This document shows positions 13,824-26,422 of a DNA stretch of 64,000 nt, one piece after another. Position numbers and translations under genes: made by a program. This stretch comes from Parasitella parasitica NRRL 2501 (taxonomy: Eukaryota > Fungi > Mucoromycota). Every line of letters starts with the position of its first letter. Positions within the stretch are counted from its first letter, which is position 1. The notes below the pieces were generated by a model that saw only the letters and a list, made by a program, of their open reading frames with translations, did no database searches and was not told the origin of the DNA. The stretch spans positions 1-64,000 of the forward strand of contig MU619240.1 in the NCBI GenBank assembly GCA_025201805.1. The letters are read 5' to 3'.

Positions 13824-16728
13824 ATGAGTTCGCTTCAATTCCATCAGCAAAGACCACATCAGCCGAGAGAGAAGAGGTTGAAAGTATCAAGAGCTTGCTT
13901 TACATGCCGGGTCAAGAAAATTAAGGTATTATTGGTTATTTATATGACAAAAGAATTTTGATTGACAATTTGCAATTTCTTAGTGCGATGGTGTTCAGCC
14001 TTGTATGCAGGTAGATATTCATATTTACAAAAGTAAAAAATAAAAGAAAAGAAAAAGTGTATGTATTAAATGTTTAATATCGGGTCGTTGTGGCATATTG
14101 TAGTGCAAAGGTATTGCTGGATGTCGATTGATCAATGTATAGCACTTGATAACTAATCCGTTTATTTTAGCCAGACAGAGGCCTTGCTCCTTTTCCAAAG
14201 ATGGCACAATTGATGAAGCACTGCAGTTGTCGGACGTTTGTCCGGTAAAAATCGACGTCTCAGCGATGAAAGATGACAGAAAACCAGTGCAGCGTCGACG
14301 TTCGTTGAGCCATTCGCCTGGATCTAAAGGCACTCAAAAGAGACTCTTGCCAGCAGTTGATGTATTTCAGCCTACAAGCGAGATCAATTTAGAACAAAAT
14401 CCGAAAGAGCAGTTCAAACTAAGCAAGACATTTCAGCAGTTGGAAAAATTAAGCACGATGTGGCCAGGCCAAGGGAAAGAAGGTCGCTGGCTAGTGGATA
14501 TGAAACTGCTGTTTAATGGTGCCGACGAAAACGCAGCCAATTGTCCAGCATCGTCTTTGACAGCTTTCCCCAATTTGAACAACAATTTGCTGGCCCTTTT
14601 CTTTCGCCATCGACACGCCATTTACCCGATTCTTCCCAAAACAATATTCTATCGCCTGCTGGAACATCGAGATGCATTGATCACTCCTCTATTATTAAAC
14701 AGCATGTATTGCAACGCTGCTCATTTCTCACTTGCTGATGCGGCAGATGCAGGCGCTTATTTCAAGAAGGCTCAGGCACTATTGGATGCGAGCCTTGATA
14801 CACCTAATCTTGGTCTAGTGATATCTCTCTGTCTACTGTCTACTTTTGAATCAAATCGCTATGGTGCAGGTCCACACACCGGAAGAAGTACAGCTCGCAT
14901 CTATCGTGACATGGCCTGTCGAATGTGCTACGATCTTAAATTACACAAACGATACAGCTTCCATAGCTCAGGCGCTACCCTGGACGATATCGAACTGCGC
15001 AAACGAGTTTACTGGGTTTGTTATTGCCTGGACAAAGTGCAGAGTCTGGTCACGGGTAAGCCTTGTCTGCTTTCTTGCAAGGATATCGACATTGACTTCC
15101 CTGTGGCGCTGGGTACTGACGATAACGGTGAATTTGAGATCAACACGTGCTTTATAGAGCATATCAAGCTGATGCAAATCAGTGAGCGATTCCTTGAAAT
15201 GGAAATTGCAGATCGGCAGCGCAGTGTGCTGCGATCGCCAGAGATTGAGCAAACGGTGCTTGACCTTGACGGGCAGTTGCTTTACTGGCTTCAGAATTTA
15301 CCACAACCACTGCAGTGGACACCTGCAGGCGCAGGAAATAATGCCGTACCCCCACAGCCGCTGTCAAGCGCTTTGGTAACTCATTTGCATTTAGTTTTCA
15401 ATTTCTTGAAGATTTCAGTTTTGCAACCGATTGCTTCGACGTCGCTCAGCTCCTCACCTGCATCACTTATTATTCAACACCGCTGTGCTTCTGCTGCAAC
15501 TAATTTGACTCAATTGACATGCTCGATGGTGGGCCAGCTCGACTTTATACACTCTTTCACTTTGTTGGCACAGGCCATTATGGCTGCTGTTCGTGTGCAT
15601 ATTATGAACTGCGCAGATGGGAAGGTTAACGTTGCTAGAAATGCGCGGTTCATGTTCCAGCGCTCCATGCGGTGCATACGAATCATTCTACACCACCGAG
15701 TACTTGATCACATCCAAGAATTTGTCACAACCATCGAGAAAGCCCTTGCGAATGCAGATTCGGGCAACAATAGCAGCGGAAACAGCAGCCCAAAGATGCA
15801 CGTCCTATCGCCAATCATCCCTCGGACAACAACATCAGCATTTACGACACACAACAATGCAGCATTCATACCCGTTGACAATTACCCTAGTGTGGATGAT
15901 CGCTGGCCAACAAGAGCAAACAATAGCAATGGATTATCGTCGTTTGGACTTGTCTCACCAGCATCCAGCACTGCTTCAGGATCATTGGAAAAATCCGTCG
16001 TGTCTCGCGATGAAGACATTTCTCGCTCACATTCATCGCTATCACAAGTGAGCAATGCTTACAACCCTCCTGCCGTACCAAACACGTCCACTACGTCAGA
16101 AGCATTCGCGGGCCTTTCCTACTCAGCAGCAAACCCCACAGCGCCAAGCGTATGGAGAGCGTCCACTGGCAACAAGAATTACGACTGTGCCTCTCAAAAC
16201 CAAGAACAACAGCAAATGGAAATGTATTCAAATGTTTGGGCCAGAACACCACCAAACAATGGGTTGCAGCAATTTTCGTCCGATCATCTGGACAACTCAT
16301 TCATCAATTCGACCAGACAGCAGATTCAACAAGAAAAGCAAGAGATGCAGAGTTTTGAGACTGCAGCAACTTCAGCTTCTGCCGCCATCCATTCCAGTAG
16401 CCTCAATACCAACACCTCTGCTATTGCTACGTCCACTGAGGGCAATCAAATAAGCGCAGGTTCTGAATTATACTCTTTGTGGGGCCAGAATAAGAGCTCG
16501 GCATCTCCACAGCAGCAAGCTAATAATACGATGCTCACATCTCAGCCTCAAAAATCAGCCAAATATGGTCTAGGTGTCTATGCTTCTGCTCAACAACATC
16601 ATACAGATGTCATTCGTCAACACATGCCAAACTTAAAACCAAGTAATTCCAACAGGCCAGTTCTGTTGAACCTCCATGGTCAAGTAGTTGTTGCTGGTGC
16701 AACTCACGACAGACATCCCATTCATTAA
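13824..16728 (+). CDS. Zn(II)2Cys6 transcription factor with fungal TF middle homology region
   Basis: Exons 13824-13925, 13984-14010, 14104-14110 and 14171-16728 give RACFTCRVKKIKCDGVQPCMQCKARQRPC. Downstream Fungal_trans motif ELRKRVYWVCYCLDK. Confidence 0.92.
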
Positions 16729-17348
16729 ATACATTGTAAATAGTTGATCTAGCATGATGATTCCAAGTTAAACAAGTAAAGTCTTTATTATTACAAAAAC
16801 CTGCTGAGGTCTTTGAAAAGTCGATAAGTGTGTCAGAAACGCACAGACCACTATATGATACTGCATGGTAATGTATCATTTGAGATGTCTCCAGTGTGTA
16901 TAATATTTGACAATAACGTGGCTTTTTGACAATAATGAGATTATTTGACATTCCCCAATTCCTGAGGCCTCCCCCCCCTTTTTATTGTTCTTTTTTTTAA
17001 ATCCAATCGATTGTAGAACATCTGTACAGAATAATCCTTTAATATTTTTTTAGCGCCAAGTCTAATAGTCAAGAGATTTTATTTCATCATTTCATCATTT
17101 CATCATTAATATTAAAGAGTTTTTTATTGATTAAATTGAATTAACTGGATCGTGTGCTTTTGAATGATGCAAAATGTGTCCCTCCTTTTTGCTCCAACTT
17201 CTCCTTGAAACATCCAATATAATTTGAAAAAGTGTTGAAACATGAACCTTAACTCTATTATTGTATGATTGACATGTAAAATTAGGGGGGGGGGGGAGGG
17301 AAGATTGGACGAGTTGGCCCGAAAAAAAAACAAAAAACAAAAATAGAG

Positions 17349-18630
17349 ATGGCTCCAGTAAAATTACGATCGTATCCTTTTCCTGTTCTTGTATAAATGA
17401 ATAACACTAGCAAGCTATCATTTTCAACAGCCTCCTTTTATACATCTTTTCTGCCATATAAAAAAAGATAACGAGCCATTTGGAAGCCGTCGTCAATTCC
17501 TTCAAATCCCACTATTAAAGCCAATTGGAAAGAAATCAAATGAAAGGAATCGGTCAACTGCCGTCGCAAAAAATACTCTACAGCAGGCCATCTATATTTT
17601 ACCCAAATCGCCATCCCACGTATCCATTTATTTACAACTTGCCAAATTTCGCTCGCTGTCTGTATTGATGAGATGCGGCCATGTATCTCAATTAGTCGAG
17701 AAATGGCTATGTGATCCTATGGAACAATTGAAACGAAATGCAAAGAAAAACCATCCAACTACAATGTTGACTCCTCAGCCAAGCCCCTCTCGCCGAGGAT
17801 CATCCTCGCCGCTATGTATCATGCCATCATCGTCATCTTCATCAACAACAACTAACAAAGCCGGTCCTTTATCCGTTGTCAATCATGAAAATACACTGGC
17901 CGCTTCCTGTAAATCATTACATTCTCTCCTTGTCCATTTTCAACTGCCTCGTGGACAGCAGGAATGCATGGAGTTACGATATGCCAAAGTTCCATGCCTG
18001 TTCACTGTGGTATGTGTTGTCTACCATTGTGGAACTGTCTCATTATCCGTGAATCAGATTGAGTCTTTGGACTTTCTACTATCACCGAGCACTATGAGCT
18101 CTTTTCTGGTGCAGTGTAATCTAGTACCACAGCATCCTGTAATTGTACACCAGTTAGTGCCCTCGCCTGGGTTTGCGTATCACCAGCAACTGCAAATTAG
18201 TGATTTTGAAAACAATGTGCCACAGCAGATATGCCATCTTGCTATGGGTCACCCGCACAATGATGACAGTTTGAATCCTGAGCCGTGGATCAAGAAACTA
18301 GTATGTGAAACGGCAGTAAAAGAAAAAGAAGAAACAGACTACCAAAAAGCCCCGACCGATACCTCTGTATTCGAGCTTTTGCACTACAAAGAAACGCTGC
18401 TATATCAACAAGAAGACGATGAAGAAGAGTCAGGCATGTTTACGTCTGATGAGGATTTCTCACTAATTGATGAGGATGACATGACTGACGATGACTATGT
18501 GTACAGAGGTAAATCAGCTTTGCTTGAATTAGTGCAAAACACGCTCCAATACATTGAATCAAATGGTGGGGCATTAACTGACGAGTTAAATGACTTGGTT
18601 CCTAAATTATACGACTATTGTTCATTGTAA
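17349..18630 (+). CDS. Hypothetical protein with acidic C-terminus (~400 aa)
   Basis: The frame of ORF 17665-18630 stays open upstream to an acceptor (caacag|CCT at 17431). Probable 9-nt first exon ATGGCTCCA|gtaaaa at 17349. Confidence 0.65.
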
Positions 18631-18637
18631 ATATATT

Positions 18638-19851
18638 TTATTTATTCGTGTTCGAAACACAAATTACACTTTTGACTCGATCACGAAGCTCGCTGCCAAA
18701 ACCAATGGCATCCAAATATTCGTCAATGGATCCATACTCTTTGTTTAAAAAGTCTAGTAAATCCCGCATATTCTGAGGAGGTGCTTGAGCGAAATCCTCG
18801 GATAGACCAGATTGTCTAACTTCTGCAAGCATATCATCATAAATAGGCGCTAGGCCCTTTTGTGTCTTGGCATAGTCGTTTATAATAGTATCTTGGGGCA
18901 CACCAGCAATGGAGAGAATCAATGCCGACACCATCCCAGTTCTGTCTTTACCTTGAGTGCAGTGAATTTCAATAGGATAGTTTTGAGGATTGGTGAATAC
19001 CATCAATGCTTCACGAATCTCGGCTTGACAGTAAGTGGCAAACTCTCTATACATCTTATTGACACCCATGGGCGTCAATACCTTCTTCCCAATTACATAG
19101 GCTGCCTTTTTTCTTTGACAAAACGTCATCAAATAGATAATGTATCTGATACAGAATGAGAACATGCATCCAGATCCTTTGATGACCAACTTACAACTTT
19201 AAATAAAAAGGACACGATGCAAACACGCAATACCTTTGAAAGTTCTTTCCCGCAAAATCTACTCTATACTTTTTCCTAACGAGCGTTCCGCGACCTGTTG
19301 TATCATACTTCTCTGAGGTTTTGGCTTTTACTGACGAGGCATCGTCTTCAACTAGGGCTGACGTATTCATCTAGGAACAGAGTGAATATTATGAAGATTG
19401 GCGTCAAGGCTGGATGTCACATATACTTTACGCTATCAAGTGCGCTCGTTGGAAAGCTTTTATCGATAGGCAAACCCTCTCTCCCTTCCAAACTATTGTG
19501 TAGGGATGGTAAAATGTTGAGAACGCATCGAAGTGTTGACCATTTTCGATCGTAGTTACCCAGTGCGTAAGTCTAGAATAGTATTGATATTATGAGCTTC
19601 TATAAAGGCATCAACATCCTTCTGACTCATATTATCCATTGTGGCAGATCTGAAAATCAGGCCTTCCTTGACATATCTACCGTAAACGAGTTAATTTGCA
19701 TTAAATAAGACCCAGTGCAATGACGGGCAAATTACTCTTTCTTTTCGGCATTATCTGCAGAAGAAGCTCCCAAGTCTCTAAAATTCAAAACGCCAAAACT
19801 TCCTTCTTCTGTGTTTTTATATGCATTTCCCAATGATTTTCCTTCAGGCAT
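18638..19851 (-). CDS. Tyrosine/lipid phosphatase, MptpB/IphP-like (Y_phosphatase3)
   Basis: Motifs GVLNFRDLG, LIFRSA, TILDLRT, the P-loop IHCTQGKDRTG and IINDYAKT lie across 5 exons. The 5' end is uncertain because of the N gap at ~19880. Confidence 0.88.
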
Positions 19852-19889
19852 TTCTATATTGTCTTTCGCAGAAGAATAGNNNNNNNNNN

Positions 19890-19937
<48 letters not shown>

Positions 19938-21705
19938 TCATCGACGCTAAGTCTTGTGTTTCTCTTATTCAAAACCAGTTGCCTGAAATAGAGGAGCGCT
20001 ACGACATTTACACCATGATGAGATCAGTTTTACTGATAATACTTTTGTGAAAACAGCTGAAATTCCAAATTCGTTTGTGTTATCCGTGAAAATCTGCTTG
20101 CTCATGCCGATTCTATTTCTGAACATTGCCTGAGCATTTAATAACTTTGGTTTCAATTGTTTACTCTCATGGAAAAAAAAACAGCGCCAACTCTCAGTAA
20201 TTGTGGGCCTTTAAAGAGTCTGCCAATTCTGATAGAAAGTGGCATACGAAATCACGACTCCAAAAGCGGTTCTCAAACTTTGTACCGTATGCTTTAATGA
20301 TCAAAAGTAAGACCGAATTTGGCTTGGGATTCACTCTTGGCATTGAAAAGCTCCTATAAACACAAATCAACTATACGTAGTGCGTAAAAGCAATGAAAGG
20401 CTCATTTGCTCATCATTCACCAAAAGCAGTTGAAGGATAAATTTCCTACGCAAAAGATTTTTGTTCATATCTATTCTAGCATTAATAAAAGATCATTTCC
20501 TGTTTTCAAGCAGGTTTTAATGCAAATAAAAATAGCATTTCGGTATCAACGTAATATATTATGCTACAATGGTGGTGATGTAAATGGAACAATCTCCATG
20601 TATTTTCTTTGCAGCAGTGGGGCTATTTGACAGTTGAGATTGGCCCTTGATTTAAAAATTATTAAGGTCATCACAATCTTTCCATTGAAAACTGAATCAA
20701 AATGCCCATTTTGCTGGATCATGCAAAGTCAACGCTTCATCTGGAAAAGAAAGGGAAGGCTAGATCACTAGCGGTCAAGTACAAAACATTTCCATGGTCA
20801 TTTTCTTTCTATCTTATGAAAAAGTTTCACTAACTAGGATCATTATTGCCTGATTTGTTTTCTTTGATTAAGCACAACAAATGCGGGGCGAGAAAAAGCA
20901 TTTGGCGACACTGGTAAACCAAGGTTATTGAGCTGGTTTGAGAGCAACTTTCCGAAATCAACCGAGCAAACCAAAATGTGTTTTTTTTTTTTTTTCATTT
21001 GAATAATGTTGAACAGCTAAAGGCTGATGGCTTCAGGTTGTGAGATAGCCACAATGAATTATTAAGAGACATGATGACTTGTCAAATAGTGTAACGTTCT
21101 TGTGAGAACAAAACAGTAAGCATATTTGCTCGGTTCAATTACTTTTTTGAAAGGGTACACAGATATAAATTATATATAAATATGAAATTTCTTTTTTTTC
21201 TCCCGCCAAATTGGCAAAAAATAGACCGCAAAATGACACTATAGATTTGGCAGATATTGCCCATGTCTTTTGTCAATCCGGCATTTACTCTTCGTACATC
21301 ACGTCAACTGCGCATTATTGATCTATGAAAAGAATCTCTAGAATCTCAAAAGCTCATTTTGATGCAACCTTAATTCGCCACAGAGACAGATGCAGTGGCG
21401 GCAGCCCTATCAAAGTATATCGAGCGATACTACGATTGGTTAATAGGTTATGCTCTAAGTATGCCACCCTGAAACGCCCGAACCCTGAGATTAAACAAAG
21501 ATCAGAAAACCCATATTTGTGCAAATTTTTTTTTTAGTATATATATAAGACCTAGCTTGTGTTGAGAAGCGAGAGTTTTCTTGACATAACTTTAACCTTA
21601 CATTAAGACAACTATTTATCTGTAATTCTAATGGAACCAACGATTTAAATCGATTGAATTGAACTATACCCTGGATTAGAATTAAAAAGTGACAACTGAA
21701 CAAAA

Positions 21706-22248
21706 ATGAATCATCAACAAGAACAACACGACTGTATCCCTGGTCTTCAGCTCCTGTGCCTTACGCCGGAAGATGATTACCAGTACAACGATCAAGAAGA
21801 AAACCAAGAATACAACTGGATCGATGATTGCGAATGCCAAGAAAACCTCGCTACGATTTTGCCATTGAATCCTGAAGAATGCATTGTTGACAGCGAGAAC
21901 CACATCCAAAACGTCGATGGGCACCGTCTGTTTTTTGAAGAGCTTGGCTGCTTCACTGAAGAACCCGAACCAATCGACCCTAGCCGTGATTATGATGCCG
22001 AAGCCGTGGCATTCATTGAGGAGCGAAACAAGACTCGCAAGCAGCACGTTGAATTGTCCTACTCTCCTATGCCTTCCCTTGATAATACCACATCCGGTCT
22101 TAGCAGTGCGTCGTCTAGCTTCCATCATGACGAACAATCTAGCTTTCTAGCTGATATTCGGTCTCCTCCCTATCTTGGTGGCTACTGTGGGCAGTCAAAA
22201 ACTACGGCATACGCTTATGCTCCCCATGCCATGAGAGCTCCCATCTAA
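21706..22248 (+). CDS. Hypothetical acidic protein, 180 aa
   Basis: ATG in AAAAATG context, intronless ORF with coding-like codon usage. No recognisable domain. Confidence 0.65.
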   Translation: MNHQQEQHDCIPGLQLLCLTPEDDYQYNDQEENQEYNWIDDCECQENLATILPLNPEECIVDSENHIQNVDGHRLFFEELGCFTEEPEPIDPSRDYDAEAVAFIEERNKTRKQHVELSYSPMPSLDNTTSGLSSASSSFHHDEQSSFLADIRSPPYLGGYCGQSKTTAYAYAPHAMRAPI

Positions 22249-22364
22249 AAAATATGATGGATATACACACTACTACATTACTTTTATATATAAGCATTCA
22301 AAATTTAATCCGCATTTGTATTTTTATTATTTCAAGACACCCTTTAATAAATTATAATGGTTTT

Positions 22365-24883
22365 TCAATAGTTTTCTTTGGCTTCTTTGGGCAGTGTGTC
22401 GCTCTTCTTTTTGATGATGCCCAAATGGATGATACGGTCGCCTGACATTGCCACAGGGTTTGAGCTTCGACCAATAACCTATAAAAAAAAAAAGAATAAT
22501 AAAGAAATGCATGTTATCTACATGTTGGGTTGTTGCAGCCAAAAAGATGTACACTTACGATACCACTGCATGGTGCATAATATTCTTCTACTACGTTACC
22601 AAAGATGTTCTTTATGCGAGCAATGAGATCATCCTTCTTGATGGTGGTATTTACGCCGGGATAAACTTCCAAAATGCCACCGGTTTTAGTGTATATCTAC
22701 AGCCGTCTTTTTAGTGTTGGGGGATTATGCACAAGCTTCTGTCCCTCTTACCCAAAATCCTTTTGAACACAAGATGGTGCTCGGCGGACCCAATGACACT
22801 TGATCCTCTAGCGTGGGCTCATAATCGACCGTATACATTTCTAAATGATCCAGTATACGCATAACACCTACGTAAGACCACTAATACATTGAGGCGTGGT
22901 TGAGAACAAACGACTATACCCAGATTAGTGGCTGACTTACTTGAACATATTGGCTTTGGAACAACTGAGGATTGCCGATTTCCACAGTGATTGCGCGAAT
23001 GCCTCTAGCAGAAGCAGCTGATCGAAGCGTGCCGTCTTGTCCCGAGTTATGCAATACAATTTGAGGCTGCTGCAGTCTGGCCATGATAGCAGAGGTGGGA
23101 TCATTCATGTCGGCACGTACGTAGTAAGAGTTGACTCTGCCAAAACTAGCTGTGTGCAGATCAATGAGGTAGTTGAACTGGGAAATAACCTTGTTCATCA
23201 GCTGGTAGCAGAAAATCTGCGATGCATAGCCCTCTTCTTGACCCGGAAACTGTCTGTTTAAATCTCTACCGTCTGCAAATTCACGCGTAAATTTGAGATA
23301 TCCAGACACATTGACACAAGGCACAGCAACAACTGTACCGCGTAGTTTATTGACATCAATTGCTGACACGACACGATGTATGCAGGGCACGCCGTTCAAT
23401 TCGTTGCCATGAACTGCAGCTGTGATGCCTACAACTGGCCCATCCTCCGTGCCTCGACACACAATCACAGGCAACCTTAGCCATTCACTCAGCCCCTGTT
23501 TAACCATCTTGATCCATGCTGTGCTTATGGTATGCTTTGGAAAATCTTCGACCACGAGTCTATCACGAACAACAGGCGGTGGCACGTCTGTATCTTGAGT
23601 CAAAGAAAAGATGGGAGGTTCGTAGATTTGTGTAGCATCTATCTTGCCCCGCAACATGGATATACTGCTACGTCTTTGCTGCGGCACTGGAGGCTGCTGT
23701 TGTTGCTGCTTGAGAGCTGAAGCCAATTCGCCACCAATGCTATCAGATGAGCTTTGCTTTGCAGAAGCCCCGGTTTGGGCTAGATTCCGGCCAGGCTGAT
23801 CATCATAAACGACAAGTGATCCTTTGCGGCGGGGCTCTCGACGACGACTAGGTGCATCGTCCTCTGCGGCTGTAGCCAACCCGGCGGCTGGCGCATGGTT
23901 TGTGCCTGAAGGGGGAGCTGTGGCAGCAGGCGTGTTCAAGGCTGAATGATTGTTTGTTTGTAAAGTAAAATAATCAGACGTGGCTGTACCGATGGTTGAG
24001 GGAGCCCCCTTTGGTTTCACTTCTGTGATCTGAATAGTGATGACCGTAGCGTCTTTTTATTTTTATTTTTATATATATATGTTAATACAGTGTGAGTCGC
24101 ACGTGCAGATGGACATACCTTGATCACGGCTACCAACATTGTCATTAGCATCTGACGCTTGTATGATCATGCTCGTAGGAGAAGCATCTTCATCGCGTTC
24201 AACGTATAAAGTTTGCCCAGCAGACAAGAACCTGCTATGCCTTTGAGGGCTATTTTCATCCAATCCAATACGGACGTGTCCATCAAGTACATAGACCAAA
24301 GCAAAAGCACCCAAAATCAGCTTTCTGCCTGTTTCGCCACTCTCATTTGATATAGGCTGGCCGATTTTATCAATGGAAAATTGGGCCGTCCCCAGGTCCC
24401 TTTTGATCAAAAACTGAAGGCTAGAAACAGGAGCATTTGTTACTTTGCAACTAGTAGCCCATTCAGCATTCCACGAGTAGGGGAACAGCGGCTTAACAGT
24501 GGTAGAAGCTTCTTCCCCACGATGATTCAAATGAATCGTGCTCTTTGTACCGTGTTCGTTGGGCAATATTATATTTGTGCACTCATAGCCCAACATGATG
24601 GGAAAGTTGAAATCTGCGTCGATTTCATTTTCACTTAGTCTCCAAAAGAACGAATCCTTTCGGTAATCTTTCTCTGGGGGGTATATGCTTATTTCAGATG
24701 TCCTTCCTAGGCCGTTCTTCCAACACTGAGTTTGATAGTCCCGTCTGCATATTACAGCAAGGTCAATAAGGTTTTGCTAGTCGTGTATGATATACTTTAC
24801 CCGGGATCAATGGTTTCTACTTTGATGAGGGAGGGCTCTGGTGAATCTACTTGCAAGATAGATCCGTCAATATTACGAGACAT
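22365..24883 (-). CDS. HutD/Ves-domain + succinylglutamate desuccinylase/aspartoacylase (M14 AstE/AspA) fusion protein
   Basis: Six exons splice in frame. N-terminal DYQTQCWKNGLGRTSEISIYP...FFWRLS is the HutD signature. C-terminal AAVHGNELNG, DGRDLNRQFPG, IDLHTAS and TVEIG are M14 Zn/catalytic motifs, followed by a barrel-sandwich tail (GGILEV...YYAPCSGIVIG...GDRIIHLG). Confidence 0.85.
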
Positions 24884-25299
24884 CTTGAAGACAAAAAAAA
24901 ATGAGCGGAAAGAAGAAGAGAAAGAGAAGATAAGAGAAGGGGCATTGTTTTTATAGATGTGCATTTCTTTGGTCAGGTGAACGTCCGTTGGATTTGTTTG
25001 TGCACTTGTTTATCACAGCCATGCACAAATATGATATCACTTTGATCCATTTCGTAATTGGATAGAGAGGTTTAGGTGGCGATTGATAAATCCATATTAA
25101 AGCTTTTTTTTTTTTTTCTCTTCTACTTTCTTTTTCCTTTTGTCATTGCATCTTTTCTTTCACCCTCTCTTCTCTTTGTATATAATATATATATAGTGTA
25201 TATGTCAATGGACAGTCAAGTCAGCTGTACATTGCAATAATCGTCATTCAAAAAATACAAAAAAAAACCTTCCCCTCCCAAAAAAAACAACACTTTACG

Positions 25300-26348
25300 A
25301 TGCTACCCAACACCGGCACAAAAGACAGCAGGGACAACCTGATGAACTTTAAGGTTCTCTCTAGGTATGATGATCTATTCACAGACATATTCTTGGACAA
25401 CCTGTTCCTGTGGTTCAATACCATAAAAATGAACAATGATCATCGCAGGCCAAGGGTCCCCAACGGCAAAATCTTGAACATCATCCAAAAGAACATCTTG
25501 GAAAAAGCAAGGGTCATGGATGCCGTAACAGAACTGTTAGCGTAAGTGTATGTCCAGTGAGTTGTGTGCGTGTGCGTGTGCGTATGCGTGTGCGTGTACG
25601 TGTGTGCGTGTGTGCGTGTGTGCGTGTGTGCGTGTGTGCGTGTGTGCGTGTGTGCGTGGGNNNNNNNNNNNNNNNNNNNNNNNNNNNNNNNNNNNNNNNN
25701 NNNNNGGTTTTTGTTGATGTGTATTTCCGTATGCTGAATTATATACTGACTATATTCTATTCTTAGACTGGATTATTTCAAGCACTATCTCACAGCGAAA
25801 AACCAAAAGCAAGTTCAGGAATTCGTCCAACATATGAAGCGATATTTATACATGTAAGCCGTTACACTCATTTTGAAGCTGTAAATTTTTGGTGTAATTA
25901 AATTTGAATCTTGTGATCCGACTAGGTACATGCCCAATGCAGGCTACGAAGTAGGAGACACTAGAAGATATGGTAGTAACGGTCGCAGAGTAGAGGCTTG
26001 TCTAGTCGCTACAAAAGATTGGCAAGTGGGCGATGAAATGCGGTTGTTGACAGGCATGATAGCATGTTTGGATCCCAAGGACGATGCCGAATTAAAGAAA
26101 GGAAATCGCGATTTTAGTGTCATGTGGTCCACCCGCAAAAATTGCAGTTGTTTGTTTTTGGGTCCTGCTCGTTTTGCCAATCACGATTGCGATAGCAATT
26201 GCAAGTTCATATCAATGGGGCAGAATTCCATCAGCTTCAAGGTGGTGAAAAATATCCAATGTGGCGAAGAAATCACTGTTTATTACGGTAAGCATTATTT
26301 TGGGGAAAACAACTGCGAATGCAGATGCATTACATGTGAAAAGTAAGG

Positions 26349-26422
<74 letters not shown>

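Noticed and set aside
19940-21500. Short ORFs in the intergenic region
   Set aside because: No motifs and no coherent exon chain.
26349-26421. ~70-nt poly-T and other long homopolymers
   Set aside because: Intronic or next to gaps, so lengths are unreliable in this assembly.
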